From: Reinekea sp.
GTDB lineage: Bacteria > Pseudomonadota > Gammaproteobacteria > Pseudomonadales > Natronospirillaceae
DNA length: 64,000 nt
Direction: 5' to 3'
NCBI GenBank assembly: GCA_050293765.1
Contig: JBNKNI010000009.1
Coordinates: forward strand, 47,459-111,458
A program made the position numbers and the translations under genes. Within the stretch, counting starts at the first letter, position 1. The number at the start of each line of letters is the position of its first letter. This document shows, one piece after another, positions 9,976-18,914 of the stretch. Below the pieces are notes generated by a model. It did no database searches. It worked only from the letters and a program-made list of their open reading frames with translations, and had not been told where the DNA came from.

Positions 9976-10009
9976 ACAAAAAACAGGAACTGCCCGTTCC
10001 TGTTTTTTT
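9976..10009. terminator. Bidirectional intrinsic terminator
   Basis: A-run, stem ACAGGAAC (9983-9990), loop TGCCC, stem GTTCCTGT (9996-10003), then a T-run 10004-10009. Lies between convergent genes. Confidence 0.8.
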
Positions 10010-10024
10010 CATTTAAAAGCTCAG

Positions 10025-10051
10025 CAGACCCACGGTAATTTCGTGGGTCTG
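10025..10051 (-). terminator. Stem-loop immediately downstream of the GH9 gene
   Basis: 10-bp perfect stem CAGACCCACG / CGTGGGTCTG with a 7-nt loop, 10 nt beyond the GH9 stop codon. Confidence 0.55.
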
Positions 10052-10060
10052 GGGCTGGCA

Positions 10061-13000
10061 TTAACGATTTCGTCTAAGACGAGTTGCAACCAACACTAAG
10101 CCAATCAGCAGAGGTACACCCGCGCCTCCGCGACGTTTCTGATGATTATTGTCCTCATCTTCGTCATTCTCGTTTTCATCTTGATCGTCTTCATCGTTTA
10201 CCTGACACAGAGACTCTGATGCTAAACCAAAGTCACTGTACTCATCCAGATACGCCGCTACCCAGGCAAAAGGTGAGTTCCAGTTAATGGTGATTTCGTT
10301 GGTAGACCATGAACCAATATTATCGACATAACAGGTTTCGGCTGGGCAGTCCGCGGCTACACGTGCAATGGACACCGGATCACCTGTAGTAGCGTGCGAA
10401 CTGTTTGGACCACCTGACAAGACACCGGGTGGTGGCTTCGGGTAATCAGCATTTTCTGCGTTTGCCCAGAACCGATGATGCGGTTGTTCCAATGGATTTT
10501 CGCCGTAGCCGGTCACATAGGATTTACCCAGAGGGTTGTTACCCATTAGGTAAGCAAAGCCATTTGCCATGGCATCGACATACCGGGTGTCCTGTGCGCA
10601 AGTGATGTCGTTGGCAACGCCAAGTACCATCATGTTGTTTACCACGCCGGAGTTTGAACCCCAATCCAGTTCGGTGGAATCCATCGGCATGTTGTACCCA
10701 GGCTGGTTTGCATAATCGACAAAATTGTCAGCCAATGTGAGCACCAAATTTCTTGCCGACGCCACCAGGTCATCGTCCAGTTCAGTGTCTCTCGAACGCG
10801 TCAGAATACTCATCAAGCCCAAACCGTTGGTGTTACCCCAGTGATAGAGCGACGTAGGTAAGGTTTCAATTGGCGTCGGGTCGTCTGGTGCATAGCGGTT
10901 GTAAAGTGCTGAATTTTTCAGTGCTTGCAGATACGTTTGCTTGCCCGTTGAAATGTACAACTCTGATGACGCCCAGAAAAACTCGTCGCGAACTTCATCA
11001 TCGCCATACATACCGCCACCATCACCATTGGTCATGGAGTAGCGCTCTGGGTTTGGATCGCCCTCTTCAGGAACACCAGCGTACATTTCAGGGTGATCGA
11101 GTGCAGCCTGGTAAGCGGTTTCTGCCGCAGACAAACAGCGGTTGGCGAGATCTGCATCAAAGGCTTCATAGACGCGGGCGCATTGAGCGGCGACGGCAGC
11201 CAGGTTGAGCGTTGCTGCGGTAGTAGGTGCCTGGATGTAGCGCGTTTTTGTGTCTTCATGAGGAGCTGTGCCGACGCCAGTCCAACCGTCGTCATGCATT
11301 TTGTGATACGCCATGCCAGCGAACGTTTCGCCTGCTGGAATTTGCATCTTCAGCAACCACTCCACTTGCCAACGTGCCTCGTCCAACAGGTCTGGCATTG
11401 CGTTACCGGTCTCGGATTCTGGCAAGGCCATGGTGCCCTGAGCAAAGTCGTTGGCGTTACGCCCCAACGATGTGCTGCGCTCATATTGATTCAGAAGCGT
11501 CCAGGCGCTGATACCACCATTCACCACGTACTTACCGTGGTCACCCGCGTCGTACCATCCGCCACTGACGTCCGCTGTGCGGCAGGTATCCGCCATGGGA
11601 TCCTCTTTGCAGACAAAGGTTTCTACTGCGTTATCATCGAGATGACCTGCAGGGCGCGCCCATTTTTCATCGCCCACGACAGACGCGAGAATCTCAATTC
11701 CACTGCGATTGTGATAGAAGTAGCTCAGTGCTTCGTATTTCAGCAGTTCGTACAGATCGGCACGAATGTCAAATGGGTGACTGACCACCGGGTCGCTGCC
11801 TTCAATGACGCGCAGGGTATAGTCAGTGCCCTGTGTTGTGACCGATGAAAAGTCGATTTGATGAATAACGTCGCCCGAGTTGGCGTCTTCCCCAATGACG
11901 GTCGTTTGCCCACTGGCGATAACGACATCTTCGGCATTCACCAACTGCCAGTCGCGCGCGGTTGTATAGTCCTCTGCGATCACTTTATAAGTGGCAACTT
12001 TGGCAAGGTTGGGCAGGTAACCATGCTGGTTAACGTGGACGGCGGCAACCTCGGGTTCTTCCGGTTGAATCACGGAATTGCCTTCGGGGTCGAGCAGTTT
12101 AACGTTGTCGACACAAATCGTTTCGCCTTCTGGTACCAGACCACCACCAAACATGAACCGGAAGTTGGCTTCGTTCGAATCTTGCTGAACTTCATGCTCA
12201 ACAGTGAAGTGAACGGGCGCTTCGTCGAGACGAGCGGTCACACTCACATCTTTGTTTTCGAGCAGGATCTGATATCCCGCCGGTTCGTCAATGACGTCAT
12301 AAACAACGGTCATGTCCGCACTGGACCAAGCGTCAAAGTCGACCGTATAGGTGCGTCCGGCAACGAGTTTTTTGCCAACTTGACGCAATTGCGCCCCCCA
12401 ATCATTGGTACCTGCTTTAGTCACGGTTGTGCACATGCGTCCGTCACCATCGATGGCCGATGTGCCGGCGCCACCAGCCCACCAACCTGGAACTTCCCAA
12501 CCCGCGCCGTCGTCATTGAATTCGCTGTTGTTGAGAATGTTTTTTGCCGGTGGTTCAACGACGATATCGTCCAGACACAGTGTTTCATTGAGCGGGATAA
12601 TTCCTGCGCCCATCATGAAGCGGAATCGCGCTTTTTCGGTATCGGCGGCAGCGACAAAATCATACGAAATGAGCTGGCCTTCTGCGGCATCCAGCCCAGT
12701 TGTTATCAACTGGTTCGGTTCACTGGTGCTGTCGAATATGACCAACGGGGTGGCCAACGTCTCATCGATAGCACCAACGACGACTGAGGTTTGTGCGCTG
12801 CTCCAGGCTCGAAAACGAACTTTGTAGGTCGCACCCTGTTCAAAGCGAATATTGCTTTGTCTCAGCTGAACACCCCAATCATTTGTTCCCAGAGCGGTCA
12901 CGGAGGTACAGAATCGGCCACGCTCATCAACGCCGCTGGTCCCGGCGCCTCCGGACCACCATCCAGGCGTTTCCCAGGGAATAGCGCTGTTATTTTCGAA

Positions 13001-13102
13001 ACTGCCGTTTTCAACCAGCGTGGCCTGCGCAAATGAAAGCGTTGACCCGAGCATACAGGCAGCTGTGACCAGTGCGGTCATCGGTTTAAAATGTTTCACC
13101 AT
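10061..13102 (-). CDS. Secreted modular GH9 endoglucanase: signal peptide, two CBM4_9-like modules, Ig-like module, GH9 catalytic domain, acidic linker, GlyGly-CTERM-like tail
   Basis: 1013 aa. Signal ..STLSFAQA. Two similar about 150-aa modules (PGWWSGGAGTS..NDWGVQLRQ and PGWWAGGAGTS..NDWGAQLRQ). GH9 signatures DVSGGWYDAGDHGKYV, HHRFWA and GGPN. The tail is DEDDQDENENDEDEDNN..RRGGAGVPLLIGLVLVATRLRRNR. Confidence 0.9.
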   Translation of the reverse strand: MVKHFKPMTALVTAACMLGSTLSFAQATLVENGSFENNSAIPWETPGWWSGGAGTSGVDERGRFCTSVTALGTNDWGVQLRQSNIRFEQGATYKVRFRAWSSAQTSVVVGAIDETLATPLVIFDSTSEPNQLITTGLDAAEGQLISYDFVAAADTEKARFRFMMGAGIIPLNETLCLDDIVVEPPAKNILNNSEFNDDGAGWEVPGWWAGGAGTSAIDGDGRMCTTVTKAGTNDWGAQLRQVGKKLVAGRTYTVDFDAWSSADMTVVYDVIDEPAGYQILLENKDVSVTARLDEAPVHFTVEHEVQQDSNEANFRFMFGGGLVPEGETICVDNVKLLDPEGNSVIQPEEPEVAAVHVNQHGYLPNLAKVATYKVIAEDYTTARDWQLVNAEDVVIASGQTTVIGEDANSGDVIHQIDFSSVTTQGTDYTLRVIEGSDPVVSHPFDIRADLYELLKYEALSYFYHNRSGIEILASVVGDEKWARPAGHLDDNAVETFVCKEDPMADTCRTADVSGGWYDAGDHGKYVVNGGISAWTLLNQYERSTSLGRNANDFAQGTMALPESETGNAMPDLLDEARWQVEWLLKMQIPAGETFAGMAYHKMHDDGWTGVGTAPHEDTKTRYIQAPTTAATLNLAAVAAQCARVYEAFDADLANRCLSAAETAYQAALDHPEMYAGVPEEGDPNPERYSMTNGDGGGMYGDDEVRDEFFWASSELYISTGKQTYLQALKNSALYNRYAPDDPTPIETLPTSLYHWGNTNGLGLMSILTRSRDTELDDDLVASARNLVLTLADNFVDYANQPGYNMPMDSTELDWGSNSGVVNNMMVLGVANDITCAQDTRYVDAMANGFAYLMGNNPLGKSYVTGYGENPLEQPHHRFWANAENADYPKPPPGVLSGGPNSSHATTGDPVSIARVAADCPAETCYVDNIGSWSTNEITINWNSPFAWVAAYLDEYSDFGLASESLCQVNDEDDQDENENDEDEDNNHQKRRGGAGVPLLIGLVLVATRLRRNR

Positions 13103-13179
13103 CGTAAGTCCTGTTTTTGTCTTTTATTGTTATGGAAACGTGCAGGTGTCGCGAGATTGCCGACCCCATACGCATGAAG

Positions 13180-13203
13180 CAGCCCGCTGTTACCAGCGGG
13201 CTG
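13180..13203 (-). other. Stem-loop between the GH5 and GH9 genes, with no U-run
   Basis: CAGCCCGCTG, loop TTAC, CAGCGGGCTG (10-bp stem), 16 nt after the GH5 stop. No T-tract follows on the transcribed strand. It may be a weak terminator or a processing/stability element, so read-through into GH9 is possible. Confidence 0.45.
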
Positions 13204-13218
13204 GAATTGCAAAACACC

Positions 13219-15030
13219 TTAGGGAAGCGGAACCAATTTGATCCAGTTCAGGTTCCAGCCACCACCGGGTGCGCCGATGCCAAAGTTCTGCGAACCTTGC
13301 GACAGCTGCACATCCAACGACAGGGTTTGCCAGTTTTGCCATCCACCTGTTGATGGAATGTTGAGCGTACCGTACTGCACAGCACCCCCGGCCTGTTCAA
13401 AGCTCAAGCTTCCGCCGCCGTTCAGGCTCGCAACACGAAACTCAACCCGATAGCGACCGCTGGTGGGCACGGATATGTTGTGGAAGGCCATCCAGTCACC
13501 CGCATCGACCCAGCCGACATTCTGGCCACCGCCTGTGTCGCTGGTTGACTCTGTTTGAATTCCTGACATGTAGGTGTAGTCTTCAGCCTGAATGACAATC
13601 GGATCACCCGCTGGCGGACAGTTGTTACCGCAACCGTTGTCATCAACGGGCGTCATCGAAAAATAATTCAGATTAGCGCCGCCAACTTCAAAGTTGATTC
13701 CGATTTGTTGAGTGCCTGCGTTGGGAAGCGTAATGACATGTTCCACCGTGACCCAGTTTTGCCAGCCACCGGTATTGGGAACATTGACTTTGCCGAACGT
13801 CGCGCCATTCGCTCCTGCCTCTTCAAGTCGCAAGACTGCACCGCCTATATTCGACGCCACGCGATAAGCGACTTTGTATTGTCCGGCACGAGGGGCTGTT
13901 ATTTCGAATGTGGCCCAGTCGTTGTTATCCGCCCAACCGAAGTTTTCACCGCCGCCGGTATCGCTGGTGGATTCCGCTTGCAAGCCTGACATGTGACAGA
14001 AATCACTTTCCTGAATGGTGGCAGGCAGTGTTCTGGTAATGCACGGACCGACGCTGACATCGCCATTGCCGTTATCATTGCCGCCAGCCAGAATGTCTTT
14101 CAGTATTTGGCCAGAAGGGGTCAGGCCGCCGTCGCCATAAAAGAACGACGCGCCTTCATTCTTATCATGCCAGGCCCAGCCTGCATGACTGATGTTATTG
14201 GCGCGGAAAAAATCGATCCACGCCCAGGTCTCTGCGCTGTTGACTGCACCGTCACCATTCGCGTTTACCGATCCCCATTCTGTTGCAAACAGGGCGATGC
14301 CATTATTCAACGCTTCCTGTGCTTTATTTCGCAGACCTTGGCCATGAGAACCCGCGTAAAAGTGGATGGTGTAGGCGATATTCGGTCGGTTGATTGGATT
14401 GTAGGACGCGAGGTTGACATCCTGTGACCAGTTCGGCGTACCCATGATGATCAGGTTGTCGGGGTCAATCGCTCGGATGTTATCGATCAGGTGTTCAGCG
14501 TAAGGCTTAAGGTTGGAGTCCCATGATACGTTCAAGGGTTCGTTAAACAGCTCATAAATGACGTTGTCGTAGTTACCCCATTTTGCGGCGACTTCTTTAA
14601 AAAAAGCGGTTGCCATTGTCCAGTCTTCGCTGGCGTGGTGACTGTGGTAGTCGACGATGACATACATATTGTTATCAATGGCAGCCTGCACAACGGTATC
14701 CAAGCGCTGCATGTTGCCTGCCCAGTCGTCCTGAATACCACCGTCAGCACCATGACCGATGGCAGCCCGGACGAGGTCTGCACCAAATTCATTCTTCATG
14801 CGCGCTACATTGGCAGCCGTATACCATTTTTCTGCACCCCAACCGGTGTTGCTCCAGAACAGCGAAATGCCATCCAGGCTCTGCGGCGTTCCGCCGACCA
14901 GTACCTGATTGCCCTGGACACTGAGTGGGGCGATTGCGGCGGCTTGGGCTGCTAAGCCAATGGCCGCGCTGAGTAATGACCATTGCGTTGCCTTGCGCAA
15001 CACGGCCAATCGATTTGCGTGGAAAGTCAT
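13219..15030 (-). CDS. Secreted GH5 endoglucanase with two C-terminal CBM6 modules
   Basis: 603 aa. Signal ..[10 protein letters not shown]5 acid/base YELFNEP and nucleophile LFATEWG. Two about 125-aa modules (13648-14028 and 13228-13602) share [12 protein letters not shown], a Y[KR]V.[YF]RVAS block and TGGWQNW, as in CBM6. Confidence 0.9.
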   Translation of the reverse strand: MTFHANRLAVLRKATQWSLLSAAIGLAAQAAAIAPLSVQGNQVLVGGTPQSLDGISLFWSNTGWGAEKWYTAANVARMKNEFGADLVRAAIGHGADGGIQDDWAGNMQRLDTVVQAAIDNNMYVIVDYHSHHASEDWTMATAFFKEVAAKWGNYDNVIYELFNEPLNVSWDSNLKPYAEHLIDNIRAIDPDNLIIMGTPNWSQDVNLASYNPINRPNIAYTIHFYAGSHGQGLRNKAQEALNNGIALFATEWGSVNANGDGAVNSAETWAWIDFFRANNISHAGWAWHDKNEGASFFYGDGGLTPSGQILKDILAGGNDNGNGDVSVGPCITRTLPATIQESDFCHMSGLQAESTSDTGGGENFGWADNNDWATFEITAPRAGQYKVAYRVASNIGGAVLRLEEAGANGATFGKVNVPNTGGWQNWVTVEHVITLPNAGTQQIGINFEVGGANLNYFSMTPVDDNGCGNNCPPAGDPIVIQAEDYTYMSGIQTESTSDTGGGQNVGWVDAGDWMAFHNISVPTSGRYRVEFRVASLNGGGSLSFEQAGGAVQYGTLNIPSTGGWQNWQTLSLDVQLSQGSQNFGIGAPGGGWNLNWIKLVPLP

Positions 15031-15121
15031 ACTGTGTCTTGCCTCTTGTTTTTATTTGAATAATTAAGAGCGGAATACTTCGATATAGACTGCCTTCTTG
15101 CTTTTATATTCTATGTTGGAA

Positions 15122-15139
15122 TATGTAAGCGGTTACATA
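15122..15139 (-). promoter_or_regulatory. LacI-family-like operator palindrome upstream of the GH5 gene
   Basis: TATGTAAGCGGTTACATA has 7-bp perfect arms around GCGG. The core TGTAAGCGGTTACA fits the generic LacI/GalR pattern TGnAAnCGnTTnCA. It sits 92-109 nt upstream of the GH5 start codon. Confidence 0.45.
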
Positions 15140-15651
15140 ATATAGGAAAAGAATCCCTTCGCCGCAAGCCCTGAACGCCTGAATTAGTGGGATGGAGATC
15201 ATAAAAATGAAGGTGAAAACGGTGCAAAATGATCGGCTTTCTGGACTGGAAAAGTCTCATTTTTTAGTAAGTGATTGTTTTAAATGGCAAAAAAGATCGA
15301 TGCGATGTTTCTTGCATTGCACCAATGTTCACTAGCCCGAATCGTTTTTTTTCACGCAGATGAGGGTTGGTGGGTGGCAATTGGGGGTGAAGGAAGGGCG
15401 CTTTTTGACAAAGTATGCAGTCAGGTCTGCGGTCCCCGGAACTATGTCGATCTTTGCAAATTAAGCACGTGTGAACGCTCCACCATTGCGCTGATGGGAA
15501 ACGAAAAGGGTAGATAGCTTCTATGACGCTGGGTACATTAGAAGAGTCGGGTGTACGACCAAATACTCACCTGGTTGTGAGCAGACTCGCGACGCGGTAC
15601 AAAAACAACAGGCCCTTACGAGCAACGATTACAGGAAAATAAGGATTTCAA

Positions 15652-16107
15652 GTGGACTATATTCAATTTATACGCTCTCGAGTGGGTCATGAAAAAATAT
15701 TTCTGAATTTCGCCGGACTCTGGATTGAAAATGAAAACGGGATTTTGTTAGAACGCAGAAAAGACAATGATGCTTGGGGTCTTATTGGTTGTGCGATGGA
15801 GCTGGGGGAAACAGCTGCCATGGCGGCAAAACGAGAATGCTACGAAGAGACTGGTCTTGTTGTAGACGTTGGTGACCTCATTGGCGTATACACCGGTTAT
15901 GAACGAACTCTCCACAATGGTGACTCGTTTCAGGCGATTGCTTTTTGTTTCTACGGAGCCGTCGATCCGCGAGCAATACCGAAAATCTCTGCCGAGAGCT
16001 TTGAAATTGCCTATTTTCCCCGTAGTGATTTACCCGTCCTCGGAATAGATCAGCATCGCGATATAGCGAAAGATGCTTTGGCTGGGAGGGTGGGTGTGGC
16101 CCGATGA
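15652..16107 (+). CDS. NUDIX hydrolase
   Basis: 151 aa with a GTG start (AAGGAT upstream). Nudix box GCAMELGETAAMAAKRECYEETGL. Confidence 0.85.
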   Translation: MDYIQFIRSRVGHEKIFLNFAGLWIENENGILLERRKDNDAWGLIGCAMELGETAAMAAKRECYEETGLVVDVGDLIGVYTGYERTLHNGDSFQAIAFCFYGAVDPRAIPKISAESFEIAYFPRSDLPVLGIDQHRDIAKDALAGRVGVAR

Positions 16108-16237
16108 CTTACGAGAAATTGAATGGGTCGTATTGTTAATAGAGATTTTTCAAACCGAACTTTGGCTGACGATCAACTATTGACTCGGCGATTGTGTCGC
16201 GACGTTTGCCGCGACACGCAAAAAAATTTCGCCAACG

Positions 16238-16513
16238 TTATTCTTTGGTATCGGGAACATAACCTTCGGCCTGTTCAAAGTCTTCTCCGGCGAGAAATTT
16301 GTCCATCTGTTCCATCAAAAACTTGCGAGCTGCAGGGTCAGTCATCACCAATTGTTTTTCATTAATTAATCGTGTTTGGTGCTCTTGCCATTCGTGCCAG
16401 GCTTTAGCCGATACCTGATCAAAAATTTTCTGACCTTTGGGGCCAGGGAAGGGTGGCTTGGTTAATCCTTCCAATTCTTCATTGTATTTCGTGCACAAGA
16501 CGGTGCGGGACAT
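16238..16513 (-). CDS. yggX: Fe(II)-trafficking / oxidative-damage protection protein YggX
   Basis: 91 aa from [45 protein letters not shown]. Full-length match to the YggX family. The start ATG overlaps the MATE stop (TAATG). The tracked ORF's 12 extra N-terminal codons are rejected. Confidence 0.9.
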   Translation of the reverse strand: MSRTVLCTKYNEELEGLTKPPFPGPKGQKIFDQVSAKAWHEWQEHQTRLINEKQLVMTDPAARKFLMEQMDKFLAGEDFEQAEGYVPDTKE

Positions 16514-17856
16514 TAGTGGTCCTCCTGCAAGGTTAAATTCTTCAGCCATAGGCGTTTACGAATGCGCCATTGAAACCAGCCAACTTTACCAGCTTCCTCG
16601 AGCATAGTGACCGTTACAACCATCCACAAGGGAAGACCGATGATCAAACCGGCAACGGCCGCCAACGGTACGGTTAAAAACCAGATAGAAACGATTTCGG
16701 TACGCATGACAAAACTGTTATCACCGCCTGCGCGCAGTACCCCAAGTACGGCGATGACATTGTGAATACGTAGCGCCAGTGCTAAGGAATAAACCCACCA
16801 AGCATAAAGTAAATGGCGTCGTACTTCTTCACTGACGGTGGTGAACATGGGCACAATCAACGGCGCCACGCACGCTAAGACCACACCGACGATAAAGGCG
16901 GCAGCCGGGAACCGAATCAGCATATATTGGCTGAGTGACCAGGCTTCCTCAAACTGACTTCGTCCCAGCCGTTGCCCAACGAGTATGGATGCCGCAATGC
17001 CAAAACCGATGAACAGGTCGATCATAATGCTGTCGATGGGCGACAGTAAGCTCATAGCCGCCAATTCGTTTTCGCCCATGTAGGAGTAGATGACGAAAAA
17101 GGTAAAGATCCCACTGCTCCACAACGTTTCGTGCGCGACCAGTAAACGGCCATGTCGCCATACCCGCCAAAACATGGTGCGTTGCCAGTGAAAAACCGGT
17201 TTTAAATGGCGAATCAGGACGAAGGCCAGTAACCCCACTTCGAGCAGCCGTGACAGGTTTGTTGCCATGGCAACTCCGGGCATACCAACATGGAGCGCCT
17301 CAAAGGGACCAAACAGCACCAGATAGTTCATCAGGGTGTTGCTGAGCAACGCTGTAATACTGGCGACCATTGGCCAGAAGGCATCGTCAGTCGCTCGTTG
17401 TGTGGTGGCCAGCACCATTGAGGTACCGGTCAGTAAGGCAAAAGGCGCCGTCCACTGCCAATATTGTCCGGTAAGGTTCGTGATGTCGGCATTGGGAGAC
17501 AACCAGGCGGCTAATGCAGGGCTGAATAACAATCCGATTAGAAGCAGGGGGATGGTGATTGCCAGGCTCCAGATCAGACCGACGGTCAGTAACGCGTCGA
17601 CATCACGCTTGCGTTGGGCGCCCCAATACTGAGCCACGAGCAGTGACACAGCGCCGGTAAAACCGACCAGCATGAGTATCATGACAAAATAAATTTTGCT
17701 GACCAGACCAACAGCGGCAACACTGGCTTCGCCAAGTGAGGCCACCATATAGATATCGACAAAACTCAGACTGGACGTGACCAGTGCCTGCAGACTGACC
17801 GGTATCGCGACCCGAAAGATTTCCCGAAGTGATACCTTGGATTGTGCGGTGCTCAT
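16513..17856 (-). CDS. MATE-family efflux transporter
   Basis: 447 aa, about 12 hydrophobic helices. The N-terminus ([32 protein letters not shown]) and internal duplication are typical of NorM/DinF-type MATE pumps. Confidence 0.85.
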   Translation of the reverse strand: MSTAQSKVSLREIFRVAIPVSLQALVTSSLSFVDIYMVASLGEASVAAVGLVSKIYFVMILMLVGFTGAVSLLVAQYWGAQRKRDVDALLTVGLIWSLAITIPLLLIGLLFSPALAAWLSPNADITNLTGQYWQWTAPFALLTGTSMVLATTQRATDDAFWPMVASITALLSNTLMNYLVLFGPFEALHVGMPGVAMATNLSRLLEVGLLAFVLIRHLKPVFHWQRTMFWRVWRHGRLLVAHETLWSSGIFTFFVIYSYMGENELAAMSLLSPIDSIMIDLFIGFGIAASILVGQRLGRSQFEEAWSLSQYMLIRFPAAAFIVGVVLACVAPLIVPMFTTVSEEVRRHLLYAWWVYSLALALRIHNVIAVLGVLRAGGDNSFVMRTEIVSIWFLTVPLAAVAGLIIGLPLWMVVTVTMLEEAGKVGWFQWRIRKRLWLKNLTLQEDH

Positions 17857-18914
17857 AGAGAATTCTGCAACTTGGTAAGTAGCGTTTTAACGGGCGCGGG
17901 CAGACCCACTGCCTGCTCATTTTCATTCATCAAAACCGGGTTAAACCACAGCGTTTTGTCGTCTTCGATAACGTCAGGAAGGTGATTTAATGTCACCAAA
18001 ACCGGCGTGATATCGAAATGATAATGGCTGAAGGTGTGACGGAATTCATTCCAAACGTCAACGCGTTCCACGGGCAACTGGGTCAGGTGACTGGCCAGTG
18101 TGTCGTAATCGGTAAATTCCGGAAAACTGTACAGGCCTCCCCAGATGCCGCTATCCGGTCTTTGCGATAACGCCACTCGGCCATCAGGGCATTGCAGCAT
18201 GAGCAGGTGCGCCTGTCTGCTGGGTTTGTCTTTTTTCGGTTTTGGTTTTGGCAGCAAATGGGTTTGGTTCATCGCCACGGCGAGGCATTCATTGCGCAAG
18301 GGGCATTGATCGCATTTGGGTTTTGTACGCGTGCAGACCAGTGCGCCGAGATCCATCATGACTTGATTGTAATCGGCAACGCGCTTCTCAGGTGTTAAGG
18401 CTTCACTCCATTGCCACAATTGTTGCTGGGCGGCGGTGGTACCCGGCCATTCCTGAAGTGCGAAGAAGCGGCTCAGCACCCGTTTTACATTGCCATCCAA
18501 AATCGCCGCGGGCGTATTGAACACGGAACTGGCAATGGCCGCGGCTGTTGAGCGGCCCACGCCCGGCAGCGTCATTAACTGCTCCGGGTCCTGCGGGAAA
18601 TCACCCTGAAAATCGGCAACGACTTTTTGGGCCGCCTTATGAAGATTCCGTGCTCTGGCGTAATAGCCTAACCCTGTCCACAAATGCAATACATCGTCTG
18701 TTGGTGCCGCAGCCAATTCGGCAACGCTCGGGAACCGCTCGATGAAGCGTTCAAAGTACGGTATGACGGTTGCCACTTGCGTCTGCTGCAGCATAATTTC
18801 GGACAACCAAACCCGGTAGGCTGTTTTTCCCTGTTGCCAGGGCAAATGTTTGCGACCGTGTTGGTCGTACCAGCGCAGAACCTGTTTACGGAACCAGATA
18901 GGTGAACAGTGCAT
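17853..18914 (-). CDS. mutY: A/G-specific adenine DNA glycosylase MutY
   Basis: 353 aa. [24 protein letters not shown], and Hh[16 protein letters not shown]. 4Fe-4S Cys cluster [18 protein letters not shown]-terminal NUDIX-like domain. Confidence 0.92.
   Translation of the reverse strand: MHCSPIWFRKQVLRWYDQHGRKHLPWQQGKTAYRVWLSEIMLQQTQVATVIPYFERFIERFPSVAELAAAPTDDVLHLWTGLGYYARARNLHKAAQKVVADFQGDFPQDPEQLMTLPGVGRSTAAAIASSVFNTPAAILDGNVKRVLSRFFALQEWPGTTAAQQQLWQWSEALTPEKRVADYNQVMMDLGALVCTRTKPKCDQCPLRNECLAVAMNQTHLLPKPKPKKDKPSRQAHLLMLQCPDGRVALSQRPDSGIWGGLYSFPEFTDYDTLASHLTQLPVERVDVWNEFRHTFSHYHFDITPVLVTLNHLPDVIEDDKTLWFNPVLMNENEQAVGLPAPVKTLLTKLQNSL

Noticed and set aside
11858-12787. Long antisense ORFs inside real genes. 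Examples are the 309-aa and 251-aa ORFs opposite GH9, the 266-aa and 196-aa ORFs opposite ilvD (20562-21362, 21415-22005), the 203-aa ORF opposite the Na/Pi transporter (8753-9364), the 173-aa ORF opposite hemN, and the 191-aa ORF opposite the A2M gene.
   Set aside because: Each lies wholly within a gene whose product has unmistakable family motifs. Their translations are Arg/Cys/His-rich or otherwise compositionally odd, with no recognisable motif. Such shadow ORFs are expected opposite highly expressed, codon-biased genes.
15284-15517. 77-aa ORF in the large gap upstream of the GH5 gene.
   Set aside because: It has no Shine-Dalgarno sequence, a Cys/Trp-rich composition, and no motif. It is kept only as a note inside the leader-region finding.
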